DNA from: Candidatus Saccharimonadota bacterium
GTDB lineage: Bacteria > Patescibacteriota > Gracilibacteria > Absconditabacterales > Absconditicoccaceae
DNA: 32,000 nucleotides
Assembly: GCA_030429145.1 (NCBI GenBank)
Contig: JAUIDC010000001.1
Location: 60,001-92,000, forward strand
Reading direction: 5' to 3'
Position 1 is the stretch's first letter; each line of letters starts with the position of its first letter. Under the pieces are notes generated by a model, which was not told the DNA's origin, did not search any database, and was given only the letters and a program-made list of their open reading frames with translations. Both the position numbers and the translations under genes were made by a program. Below, piece by piece: positions 1 to 8,147 of this stretch.

Positions 1-45
1 ACAATGCGTATACCATACTCAACTTTTTCCGTAGTAAAATAAATA

Positions 46-615
46 TTATGAGAGAGAAGCTACTTCCTTATATCTAAAGCAGCTTACCAGATGATCATTG
101 ATCACACCTATCGCTTGAAGGTGTGCATAGACTGTGGTAGAGCCAAGAAACGCAAAACCTCTTTTTTTCATATCTTTTGCGATAGTGTCAGAGAGCTCAC
201 TCGTAGGTTTATAGTCCTCTATGGATTTCAATTTGTTATCTATAACGCTGCCAGCGGTAAATGACCAAATATACTGATCAAAAGAACCAAACTCTTTCTG
301 TACCGTAAGAAATGCTTGAGCATTTTTCACTGCAGCACGGACCTTTGCCTGATTACGGATGATTCATTCGTCTTGTAGCAACTCTTGTATTTTATCTTCA
401 TCAAACTGTGCCACCTTTTTTGCATCAAAACCAGCAAATGCTTTGCGATAGTTTTCACGACGACGTAAGATGGTCAGCCATGAGAGTCACGCCTGCATCG
501 TTTCAAGCAAAAGAAATTCAAAGTGTTTGCTTTCATCATGCATAGGCACTCCTCGCTCCTCATCATGATAGCGAATGTACTGTTCATCTTTCATACACCA
601 TGGACAGCGAATCAT
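46..615 (-). CDS. tag: DNA-3-methyladenine glycosylase I (Tag), 189 aa, 2 in-frame TGA read as Gly
   Basis: ORF 46..330 matches the C-terminal half of Tag (IWSF.., KKRGFAFLG.T.VYA.LQA.GVINDH). Reading through TGA at 364..366 and 487..489 adds the N-terminal half, starting MIRCPWC.. at 615. TGA 487..489 lies in the conserved QA[G]LSW motif. The gene ends in TAA. Confidence 0.9.
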
Positions 616-642
616 TTTGAAAATAATTATGTAAATAGACAA

Positions 643-670
643 TAAAAAAGAGAGGATCGCTCCCCTCTTT
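643..670 (-). terminator. rho-independent terminator after the DUF1761 gene
   Basis: A 7-bp stem (649..655 with 664..670) and an 8-nt loop. On the minus strand it is followed by a T-run (A-run 644..649 on plus). Confidence 0.55.
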
Positions 671-693
671 CATGGACATGATGTTGTATTTTT

Positions 694-1083
694 TTAAAGA
701 GAGATAAGCAATGCACCTGCAGCGAGTGCGCAGATAAGGCGGCAAATAGAGCTAATCCACATAACTGTATTGTTGCCATTAGCCCACATATTGTTGCTCC
801 AAGTAGTGATAAGAGAGAAACCAAGCCAAAGCACACCAGCGGTCATGAGAGCGTCATTCATCTCAGTCACACCTGCTTTCATAAATATCCAGTAGAGAGC
901 CCATACTGTGACAAGGTTGAAGATGAACTCGAGAACCATCATGAAGACCATGTTGTTCTTGTTGTTGTCACCGTGATGTCCTACTGCTTTCATATACATC
1001 TTACCAAAGAGCATAGGAGAGTACCAAAGCATTCCGATGATAAATGTAACCACCGCTGCTACAATTATTGCTGTATAGTTCAT
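694..1083 (-). CDS. DUF1761-like integral membrane protein, 129 aa
   Basis: Intact ORF with four hydrophobic segments. The N-terminal motif GMLWYSPMLFGKMYMKAVG resembles the DUF1761 family signature, recognised from memory. Confidence 0.6.
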   Translation of the reverse strand: MNYTAIIVAAVVTFIIGMLWYSPMLFGKMYMKAVGHHGDNNKNNMVFMMVLEFIFNLVTVWALYWIFMKAGVTEMNDALMTAGVLWLGFSLITTWSNNMWANGNNTVMWISSICRLICALAAGALLISL

Positions 1084-1303
1084 GAGATATGTTAGATAAA
1101 TAATAAAACATTTTTACTTTATCTACTGTGTCACATTTTCCCATTGTCTTTCTCCTTTATTACTGTTTGCTATATTTTATAGTAACCTTTGTACGTTCTG
1201 CAAGAGATTTTTTATCTCTGTCATTTATCGAAAAAATCTCCACTTTTGCAACTACTTCTTTGATTTCGTCAAATGTGTAAAGCATGAAAGTATGGTCTCT
1301 TAT

Positions 1304-1909
1304 TTACTGGCCTAAATCGCTTTTTACATATAATTCACCACAATTTATTCATCCATAGCACGTGTGCAAACATGAGGTATATCAACCGCCACAAGCTGTA
1401 TTCACCTGGCATCACCAAAATGTTCATCACGCATAATCAGTATACCAGTGATAGTCAGCGACTGCACATCTATCAGCATCTTTGGTATTTTCTAATCTAC
1501 TTATCAAACTAAATGTCAGCCCATTTTTGAAAACATTGTTGTACATGTACGTATATCATCATGTCACTACAACCATATTACTACCAGGAGCTACATTATT
1601 AACTGGATCTATTGGCAAGGAAGTCATGATGCCTGTTAGTTGAGGGAACCAGTTCGTTCCAGTTGCAGTATTGATGAGACAAGAACTATTGACAGAACAG
1701 CCCCCTGCTAAAGGATAAATACTCTGATCAGTCTTATAAATCTGTATTGCATTGTATAAAGAGGTCATATCCACTTTTCTTTTAGCATCTCTTGCTCTCT
1801 CTTGTACATCAGTGAGTCTTGGCACAAGGGCCGCCGCCAAAATACCGATAATCACAATGACTATCAGCATCTCTATCAACGTAAATGTTTTATTTTGTTT
1901 TATCACCAT
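1304..1909 (-). CDS. type IV pilin / pseudopilin-like protein (pilin 1), 201 aa, 7 in-frame TGA
   Basis: Class III signal and N-terminal helix MVIKQNKT/FTLIEMLIVIVIIGILAAALVPRL, with Glu at +5. The track ORF stops at TGA 1559..1561. With UGA=Gly the frame continues through a Cys- and Gly-rich tail (TGA at 1559, 1556, 1427, 1424, 1412, 1382, 1349) to TAA at 1304..1306. The upstream part of track ORF 1559..2065 overlaps the SIMPL gene and is rejected. Confidence 0.8.
1833..1885 (-). repeat. 53-nt stretch identical to 30266..30318 in inverted orientation (pilin N-terminal helix coding)
   Basis: Hand alignment shows tttacgttgatagagatgctgatagtcattgtgattatcggtattttggcggc on the minus strand here and on the plus strand at 30266..30318. 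Confidence 0.9.
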
Positions 1910-1911
1910 AG

Positions 1912-1940
1912 AAAAAAGAGAGAAATAACTTCCTCTCTTT
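1912..1940 (-). terminator. terminator-like hairpin between the SIMPL gene and the pilin 1 start
   Basis: The minus-strand transcript reads aaaagagag-gaagttattt-ctctctttt followed by ttct and then ATG. This is an AU-rich stem of about 9 bp plus a U-tract that ends 3 nt before the pilin 1 start codon. Its role (terminator or leader structure) is unclear. Confidence 0.4.
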
Positions 1941-1985
1941 TTATTATTTTTTAGATGATTTGCAATTACATTTATGCTATGGTGT

Positions 1986-2777
1986 CTAATCGATACTATA
2001 GATAACATTAACTGAGAGTGTAAACACCATCTGTCCTGGGGCGAGCTCTGCGCTTTCACCTCCACCGATACCCATAGCCATATCTGATCTCATAGCATTT
2101 GCATACATAGGCACTGGCTGGTAGTCCATCACTACGTCACTAATAGATGATACCTTACCAAGTTTTACACTAGCAAGATCTGCGAGCTGTTTTGCTTTTG
2201 CTTCAGCTTTCTCGTACGCCATCTCTCTTGCTTCTTGGTAGATCTCTTCTTTGTCATCGATATCGTATCTTGTAGAGTTGATCTGTGCTCCCTCTACCTG
2301 TGTTACGCTATCCATGATTTTTCCTGCATCTTCAAGGTTTCTTACAGTGATAGTCAATTGATGATTCGCGTCGTAACCATCCTGTCTTGATCTACCATCC
2401 TCGTAGTTGTAGTGAGGATACATAGAAATATTTGTTGTTTGGATATCTTTTTCGTCTACCCCTGCATCTTTGAGTGAGGTTCTAATATTTGCTATCTTTG
2501 TATTTGCCATCTGAAATGCCTCTCTTGTTGTTTTAGCAGTTTCTGTGACAGCAACATTGAAAATAAAGATGTCTGGAGTTGCATAGACTTTTCCTTCGCC
2601 ATTGACCGCGATGCTGTTTGTGACAAATGGTTGGTTACCAACATTGCTCGACTGTACTGGTCATTGTCTGTTCGTATCAGACACGATACCAGCAACTGAT
2701 ATGACTACAATAGCAAAGATAATAGAAAGAATCAGATTGTTCTTCCAGAGAGAACTTGATTGATTTGTTTCAGCCAT
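1986..2777 (-). CDS. SIMPL / DUF541 family secreted protein, 263 aa, 1 in-frame TGA
   Basis: ORF 1986..2510 matches SIMPL-domain proteins. Reading through TGA 2661..2663 adds an N-terminal TM/signal segment (MAETNQSSSLWKNNLILSIIFAIVVISVAG) and the typical IAVNGEGKVYATPDI start of the domain. The gene ends in TAG. Confidence 0.8.
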
Positions 2778-2884
2778 GAATCGTACGAATAAATAATAAA
2801 AAACGTTTACTGACCTTATAGTCAATTATTGAACGAGGTTCAAGAGAAGATGTGACAGGATATTATTAATGAGTTTTTTGAGTA

Positions 2885-2912
2885 TTGACTTTATTGCCGA
2901 ATAAGATACAAT
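2885..2912 (+). promoter_or_regulatory. candidate sigma70-type promoter for 3023..3868
   Basis: TTGACT (2885..2890), a 16-nt spacer, then TACAAT (2907..2912), about 110 nt upstream of the ATG. Confidence 0.4.
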
Positions 2913-3022
2913 ACCTTTGTGGTCTTTAAAAGTAAAATGAGTTTGACGAGCTCTGAGTATGTCAATTTGGGTAAGTTGCCTTAAGGCAGCTATTATAAAA
3001 CACAATTTAAAGAATATAAATT

Positions 3023-3868
3023 ATGGATAACAAAAAACAATCTTTCCGAGGGAAAGAAAACGAGATGTGGGCAAAAGTCCCCGTTTATATGAAAAAATAT
3101 TTTAGGGCTGAAATAAGTCACATCAGAAACTCGCTTATTAATTGGGTTTTAATATTTACCGTTGACTATGACACCTACAATAATCAAGCTCCTGACAAGA
3201 AGTGGAAATCACAAATTTGGATATGGAATACAAAAGAAAAAAGATGGAGAAGCAAAATCGTCATGAGCGATTTGTCTGAAGAATCTGTAGAGTATTATTT
3301 CATCCAGCATGAATATGAGAAAATAATACTCATATCTCGATTTGTTAGGGGCAATGCTATGATATACTCTTTTGATGGCACACATATAGGAGAGTTTCCA
3401 TTTAAGTATGAAGGTGGCAATCCCCTCCTGTGGAGGATGCTAGATGAGGATACTCTATTTATTGTAGATAATTCAACCTATAGTCAGTTTGAATACCACA
3501 TACCTACCAATACATTGATAGAGAGACTTTCACTCTATGGAGCCATTCCTGTTGACGAATTGGTAAAAATATACCATTTTGAAAAAGCAGATGTATTGGT
3601 GGTGAAGAGTTTGTTTCATGGCCATACAAAAATGTACGGAGTTACCGTTTGGAGCAAACATAAGGATCTCTCTGAGAAGCCAAACTACCGGAAAGCAAGT
3701 AAAATAAAAAACCATCTATCCGGGACACAAACAAATGGAACAGAAATGTGGCTACCTTATTGGCCATTTTTCGAAGGCATAGAAGTCTCTGCTGACGAAG
3801 AATACCTTTATATCACAGGAGTGAAACCCATACCGTGGGGAAGAATTCCAATACCGCCTTCGGTATAA
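3023..3868 (+). CDS. hypothetical protein, 281 aa, no recognisable domain
   Basis: Long intact ORF with no in-frame TGA. It has its own candidate promoter and a strong terminator. No TM segment and no motif I recognise. Confidence 0.55.
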   Translation: MDNKKQSFRGKENEMWAKVPVYMKKYFRAEISHIRNSLINWVLIFTVDYDTYNNQAPDKKWKSQIWIWNTKEKRWRSKIVMSDLSEESVEYYFIQHEYEKIILISRFVRGNAMIYSFDGTHIGEFPFKYEGGNPLLWRMLDEDTLFIVDNSTYSQFEYHIPTNTLIERLSLYGAIPVDELVKIYHFEKADVLVVKSLFHGHTKMYGVTVWSKHKDLSEKPNYRKASKIKNHLSGTQTNGTEMWLPYWPFFEGIEVSADEEYLYITGVKPIPWGRIPIPPSV

Positions 3869-3889
3869 AAATCATTTTAAGACCACACT

Positions 3890-3917
3890 AAAGCCCGGCG
3901 TATTCGTCCGGGCTTTT
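3890..3917. terminator. rho-independent terminator shared by convergent genes
   Basis: GC-rich stem gcccgg/ccgggc (3893..3898 with 3908..3913) followed by TTTT on plus. It lies between the stop of 3023..3868 (+) and the stop of the GNAT gene (-). Confidence 0.75.
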
Positions 3918-3918
3918 C

Positions 3919-4350
3919 TTATATTTTAAAAGTCATAAGATATTGCTTTTCAGAAATTTGATTCACTTTGGCCAATCAGAAACCCTCATAGTAGTCTACC
4001 AAATGCGGTCCAGCACTAATAATTATCATCTTACCTCACCTGCTCTTTACATAGTCTATAACATGGTTTGTCAATTTTGTACCGATACCCTGTCCTTGTC
4101 TATTGGGATGTACATTCAGCCAAAATAGCTCATAGACATCATAATCTATTCGAGATAATGAGACACCAATCACTCAGATGATCTCTTTTTGCTCTTCTGC
4201 CACGAAATAGATCGGCTTCAAAGGGTTTTCCTCTAAGAACATAGCCGCCATCTCTTTTGTAGCTTGTTTTTCATCATCAACATCATAATTAAGACCTACG
4301 AGTGAGGCAGCTGATTCTACTTCGTGTGCTTGAAGCTCCCTAATCTGCAT
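3919..4350 (-). CDS. GNAT family N-acetyltransferase, 143 aa, 3 in-frame TGA
   Basis: Absent from the ORF track because TGA splits it at 4174..4176, 4036..4038 and 3976..3978. The reconstructed protein contains the acetyl-CoA binding motif LNVHPNRQGQGIGTKL. Start ATG at 4350 overlaps the upstream gene's stop by 11 nt. Ends in TAA. Confidence 0.75.
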
Positions 4351-4753
4351 TTTCTACATAGTTCTTAAAATTATCCAAAATCATCTGTCGACCTTGTTTT
4401 TGCATCTCCTCGGAATGCTGTGTTTCCGTCTCAAAGGTTTCCAGAATTTTTATGCTTTCTCCATCCTCTATAAATTTTACACTTACTCTTCTACTATCGT
4501 CCATCGTATACTCGATAATCTCTTTCCCATTCACATTAGTATACGTTCCTTCAAAATCAAAACCAGCACTCCCATCTTTTGCTTCCATTCTTGTCTTAAA
4601 TCTTCCATCTACGCGCAGATCATTTTCTGCTCTCGGTGAGTGCCAATCATCTGAGGCGTGATTTCGCTGTGTAATGTGTTCAGGATTCGTCCACGCTTCC
4701 CATACTTGGTCGATCGGAGCATTGATAGTTGTTGAAATGGTGATTGCAGTCAT
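4340..4753 (-). CDS. SRPBCC / AHSA1-like (START fold) protein, 137 aa
   Basis: Intact ORF. APIDQVWEAWTNPEHI..DDWH...DLRVGG-like pattern typical of Activator-of-Hsp90-ATPase-homolog-1-like proteins. Confidence 0.7.
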   Translation of the reverse strand: MTAITISTTINAPIDQVWEAWTNPEHITQRNHASDDWHSPRAENDLRVDGRFKTRMEAKDGSAGFDFEGTYTNVNGKEIIEYTMDDSRRVSVKFIEDGESIKILETFETETQHSEEMQKQGRQMILDNFKNYVENAD

Positions 4754-4806
4754 GAGAGTATGAATTGATGAATTAAATTATATATTCCATTGAAGTACAA
4801 AAAATA

Positions 4807-5265
4807 TTACTCAGCTTTCTCACTAAGTTCTTTTAATATCTGCAGTGATTTAGGCCATGCGTCTATCATATACTCTGCAAAGCTTTCATCGAGATCAATA
4901 TCTATTCCTATACTTGTAGACCCACCTTTCTCAGAAAAAGTATAATTTTCGTGTGCACCAACCCATGAAGCATTCTCTCCGATACGCACTTCTCCATTTA
5001 CAATCTCTGCTTCATGTCTCAGAGAGATAAATTCATATGGTTTATTCTCTTCCACCACGGCAAGCATTCCTCCTGTCTGTGTAGGATCTTTTGGATCTGG
5101 CCCGATAAAGCGAATCTCTGAATCTTTTGACCAATCACCTTCAAACCATGAACCTGCAGGATTAAATGGCGCCGTCCATTGCTTGTATGTTTCTTTATCC
5201 AGCATTGTATGCCATACCTTTTCTACTGGTGCATCGATATCGATTGAGAAAGAGTATTTCTTCAT
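4807..5265 (-). CDS. SRPBCC / AHSA1-like (START fold) protein, 152 aa
   Basis: Intact ORF. IDAPVEKVWHTMLDKETYKQWT.. has the same family pattern as the neighbouring gene, so this is a tandem paralog. Confidence 0.7.
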   Translation of the reverse strand: MKKYSFSIDIDAPVEKVWHTMLDKETYKQWTAPFNPAGSWFEGDWSKDSEIRFIGPDPKDPTQTGGMLAVVEENKPYEFISLRHEAEIVNGEVRIGENASWVGAHENYTFSEKGGSTSIGIDIDLDESFAEYMIDAWPKSLQILKELSEKAE

Positions 5266-5333
5266 GAGTAGTATAATAAGGGAATAAATAGCGATATATT
5301 CTAGATAATTATTTTCAAAAACGAAATATTGAT

Positions 5334-6755
5334 TTACCCAACGCTACCCTCCATTTCCATTTCAACTAATCTATTCAGTTCTGCGGCATATTCAAGCGGT
5401 AGCTTTTTTACAATCGGACTAATAAAGCCATTTACAATCATAGCCATAGCTTTTTCTTCGTCGAGGCCGCGGGCCATCATATAGAAGAGTTGGGTGTCGT
5501 CTACTCTACCGGCACTGGCTTCGTGAGCGACTGTTGCATCGTCTGTTCAGACATGGATATGAGGGATGGTTGTACTGACTGATCTTTCGTCGAGAAGGAG
5601 CGCATCACATTCGGTTGCATTGACTGCTCATTCGGCAGTTGGCTTGATATCTACGATACCACGGTATGTTGAAATACCGCCATCTTTTGAGATGGATTTT
5701 GAGATGATCGTCGATGAGGTATTTTTACCGATATGAATAACCTTACTTCCAACGTCTTGAATTTGTTTTTCGTTTGCTACAGCTACGCCAATGTGATCTG
5801 CTTTTGCATAGTGTCCTTTGAGGATAGAACATGGATAGAGCATCGTCGTGCATGAACCAAGGTTTCCACCAATTCGTTCCATGTATGAGTGATCGTCGAC
5901 AAGCGAACGCTTTGTATTGAGGTTGTAGGTGTTGAGTGACCAGTTCTCGACTGATGAGTAACGCATGTGACTATTTTTACCGACATAGATCTCTACGCAA
6001 CCCGCATGGAGCGATTTGCTGTCGTATTTTGGAGCGCTACATCATTCAATATAGTCACCCGATGCATCGTCTTCGATGATGATAAGTGTATGCTCAAATT
6101 GACCTCCAGCAAGTGTGTTCATACGGAAGTATGCTTGAAGTGGCTCGCTCACTTTGACACCTTTTGGCACATAGATAAATGTTCCACCAGATCGGACGGC
6201 TCCGTGTAGTGCGGCGAATTTATGATCAGTATACGGTACAAGCTTCATGAAATATTTTTTGACGAGCTCTTCATGGTCAATGAGTGCTTTTGACATATCT
6301 TCAAAGATGACTCATTGCTCTGCCCACTTTTCTTTGATGTTATGGTAGACCACTTCGGCATCGTACTGTCCTCCTGCTCCAGCGAGATATTTTTTTTCTG
6401 CCTCTGGGATGCCGAGACGTTCAAATTTTTCTTTGATCTTTGGATCGACCTCATCCCATGATTTTGAATAGCCCTGAAATCCTTTCTCTGGACGAGCATA
6501 GTAGACAATCTCTTCTAGATTGAGCTCTGAAAGGTCTGGCCCCCATGAAGGCATCGGGATACTCAGAAAGTGCTCGAGTGATTTCAATCTATGCTCAAGC
6601 ATCCAGTCCGGTTCTTTGAGGTCCTTCGAAATTGCCCTCACATTTTCCTCCGAAAGCCCTTTCAGAAAGACCGCGTACGGTATCTGATCAAATGTTTCTA
6701 TAGTTGATTTAAGTGTTGTTTCTTGCATGTCGGGAGTATATGTATTTAACGACAT
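5334..6755 (-). CDS. sufB: Fe-S cluster assembly protein SufB, about 473 aa, 4 in-frame TGA
   Basis: Track fragments 5628..5966, 6042..6296 and 6312..6773 share one frame and all match SufB. TGA 6042..6044 is at YIE[G]CSAP and TGA 6312..6314 is at [G]VIF. Others are at 5628 and 5547. The C-terminus ..EMEGSVG then TAA is canonical. The start is either ATG 6755 (preceded by aaggtgg) or ATG 6773. Confidence 0.95.
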
Positions 6756-6789
6756 ATTGCCACCTTTTATCATGACAACTCAGTCATTT

Positions 6790-6816
6790 AAAAAACTCCC
6801 TCGTTGTGAGGGAGTT
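6790..6816 (-). terminator. rho-independent terminator after the small acidic protein gene
   Basis: Stem ctccctc/gagggag (6796..6802 with 6808..6814) and a 5-nt loop. The minus strand then carries 6 T (A-run 6790..6795 on plus). Confidence 0.7.
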
Positions 6817-6839
6817 CTCTGTAGCAACAAGAACTCTAA

Positions 6840-7013
6840 CTAATCATCCAGCTTATCTTTCACTTCAGCTTCAGCCTCATGAGCAGCCTCTTCGGCTCCA
6901 TGCTTTAGTTCTTCAGCTCCTTCTTCGATTCTGTTGCCTGTTTTTGTTGCTGCTTCTTCTACCTCATGCTGTGCTTCTTCAGCAAGGTTTTTTGCATCAT
7001 CTACAAAACTCAT
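6840..7013 (-). CDS. small acidic helical protein, 57 aa (hypothetical)
   Basis: Below the track length cut-off. ATG at 7013, TAG at 6840..6842. Sequence MSFVDDAKNLAEEAQHEVEEAATKTGNRIEEGAEELKHGAEEAAHEAEAEVKDKLDD. It is followed by a good terminator and resembles the next gene in composition. Confidence 0.4.
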   Translation of the reverse strand: MSFVDDAKNLAEEAQHEVEEAATKTGNRIEEGAEELKHGAEEAAHEAEAEVKDKLDD

Positions 7014-7039
7014 GATTATAATCAGTTAGTGATAAAAAC

Positions 7040-7222
7040 CTATAATCCAAGCGCACCACCTATTGATCCATCATAGTCGCCATCATCTTCTTTTTCTGCT
7101 CCTGCTTCCTCTTTCAGTTCTTTGATGGCTTCCTTAGCCTTTTGAGCCTTTTCATGGACCTTCTCATGCGTTTGATTTTCTAGTTCTTCAATCTCCTTTT
7201 CTGCTTCGTCTAACTTATTCAT
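7040..7222 (-). CDS. small acidic helical protein, 60 aa (hypothetical)
   Basis: Intact ORF that is Lys/Glu-rich and likely coiled or helical, with a Gly-rich C-terminal tail (GSIGGALGL). Confidence 0.45.
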   Translation of the reverse strand: MNKLDEAEKEIEELENQTHEKVHEKAQKAKEAIKELKEEAGAEKEDDGDYDGSIGGALGL

Positions 7223-7251
7223 GATAGTGTGATGAAGAAAAATAAAGATTG

Positions 7252-7590
7252 CTAATCTTTTGTCCCAAACAACATATTAATTAATGCCAAGACGATGGCA
7301 AAGATCGCTGTGGCAAGGAATCAACCAGTCTCAAATCCATCAACCATACCATCTACAAGCATAATCATCAACACCGTGATGATAAATGAAACAAGCCCCA
7401 AAGTGAGGATATTGAGAGGAAGAGTGAGCAAACGTAGTATCGTACCAATTATACCGTTCACTAGTGCAAGCACTACTGCCACCACTATGGCAGTCCAGTA
7501 TGAATCAACAGTGACACCCGGTACGAGATACGCAGCTATCGCAATAGCCAATGCACCGACGAGAATTCTAAGCACTATTCTCATGATCAT
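7252..7590 (-). CDS. small 4-TM membrane protein of the phage-holin-4_2 / YvlD-like type, 112 aa, 1 in-frame TGA
   Basis: ORF 7321..7590 is hydrophobic throughout. Reading through TGA 7321..7323 adds a further TM segment and ends at TAG 7252..7254. Size and topology resemble PF04020 proteins, assigned from memory. Confidence 0.6.
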
Positions 7591-7651
7591 AGAGGGTTAG
7601 AATATAAATATACCCTAAGCCTAGGCACCTATAAAAAAATTGCAAGGGCTT

Positions 7652-7972
7652 TTATTCATCTTTCCTCCACCCGTACTGTTTCATATTCACTATATCATTA
7701 ACAATAGGGATATCTTCTCTTTCGAGCAGGACTTTATGTCTGAGTCCTCTTTCTCCAAGTTTCATCGTAGGAAGATATCACTGTTTATTGATAACACGTC
7801 GCCATGGGTAACGAACCTGCTCCTCTGCCGTCATCCCACTCAATATTTTTCATACCATCCATCAAGAGGTTTTTATACCATATCCACTATCAAGAAGCTC
7901 TGCCACATGCCCATAGGTTGTCACGCGTCAGTATGGTATATCAGTGATGATTTCCATGATTTCTGCTTTCAT
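7652..7972 (-). CDS. alkyltransferase-like protein (ATL; MGMT-family DNA-binding domain without the active-site Cys), 106 aa, 4 in-frame TGA
   Basis: Absent from the track because of TGA at 7928, 7862, 7850 and 7778. Checked codon by codon: ..IPY[G]RVTTYGHVAELL...YPWRRVINKQ[G]YL.., with PWRRV where methyltransferases have PCHRV. Ends in TAA. An alternative start is at 8008. Confidence 0.8.
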
Positions 7973-8147
7973 GAGAATAGATCTATGTGAGTAAAGATAA
8001 AATGTCATCTGTTGGTATTTTTGGACGAGAGAGATGATGTCTCGCTGGAGAGACCCCATATAAATCGGTATGACTATTTGAGAATAGTCGTACCAGTACT
8101 ATGGGTAGAAACATATAGCAGGAGACCTTTCTCGGTGCATAGCTACA

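Noticed and set aside
1086-1285. Small minus-strand ORFs between pilin 1 and the DUF1761 gene: a 41-codon ORF from ATG 1285, and a 49-codon ORF behind an AAAGGAGAAAG motif that overlaps the DUF1761 start.
   Set aside because: There is no family resemblance. Most well-supported genes here lack Shine-Dalgarno motifs, so the AGGAG is weak evidence. One candidate overlaps a better-supported gene out of frame.
1910-2065. An N-terminal extension of pilin 1 (track ORF 1559..2065, starting MEVKAQSS..).
   Set aside because: It overlaps the 3' end of the SIMPL gene in another frame. The prepilin leader MVIKQNKT/FTLIE starting at 1909 has the canonical short basic form.
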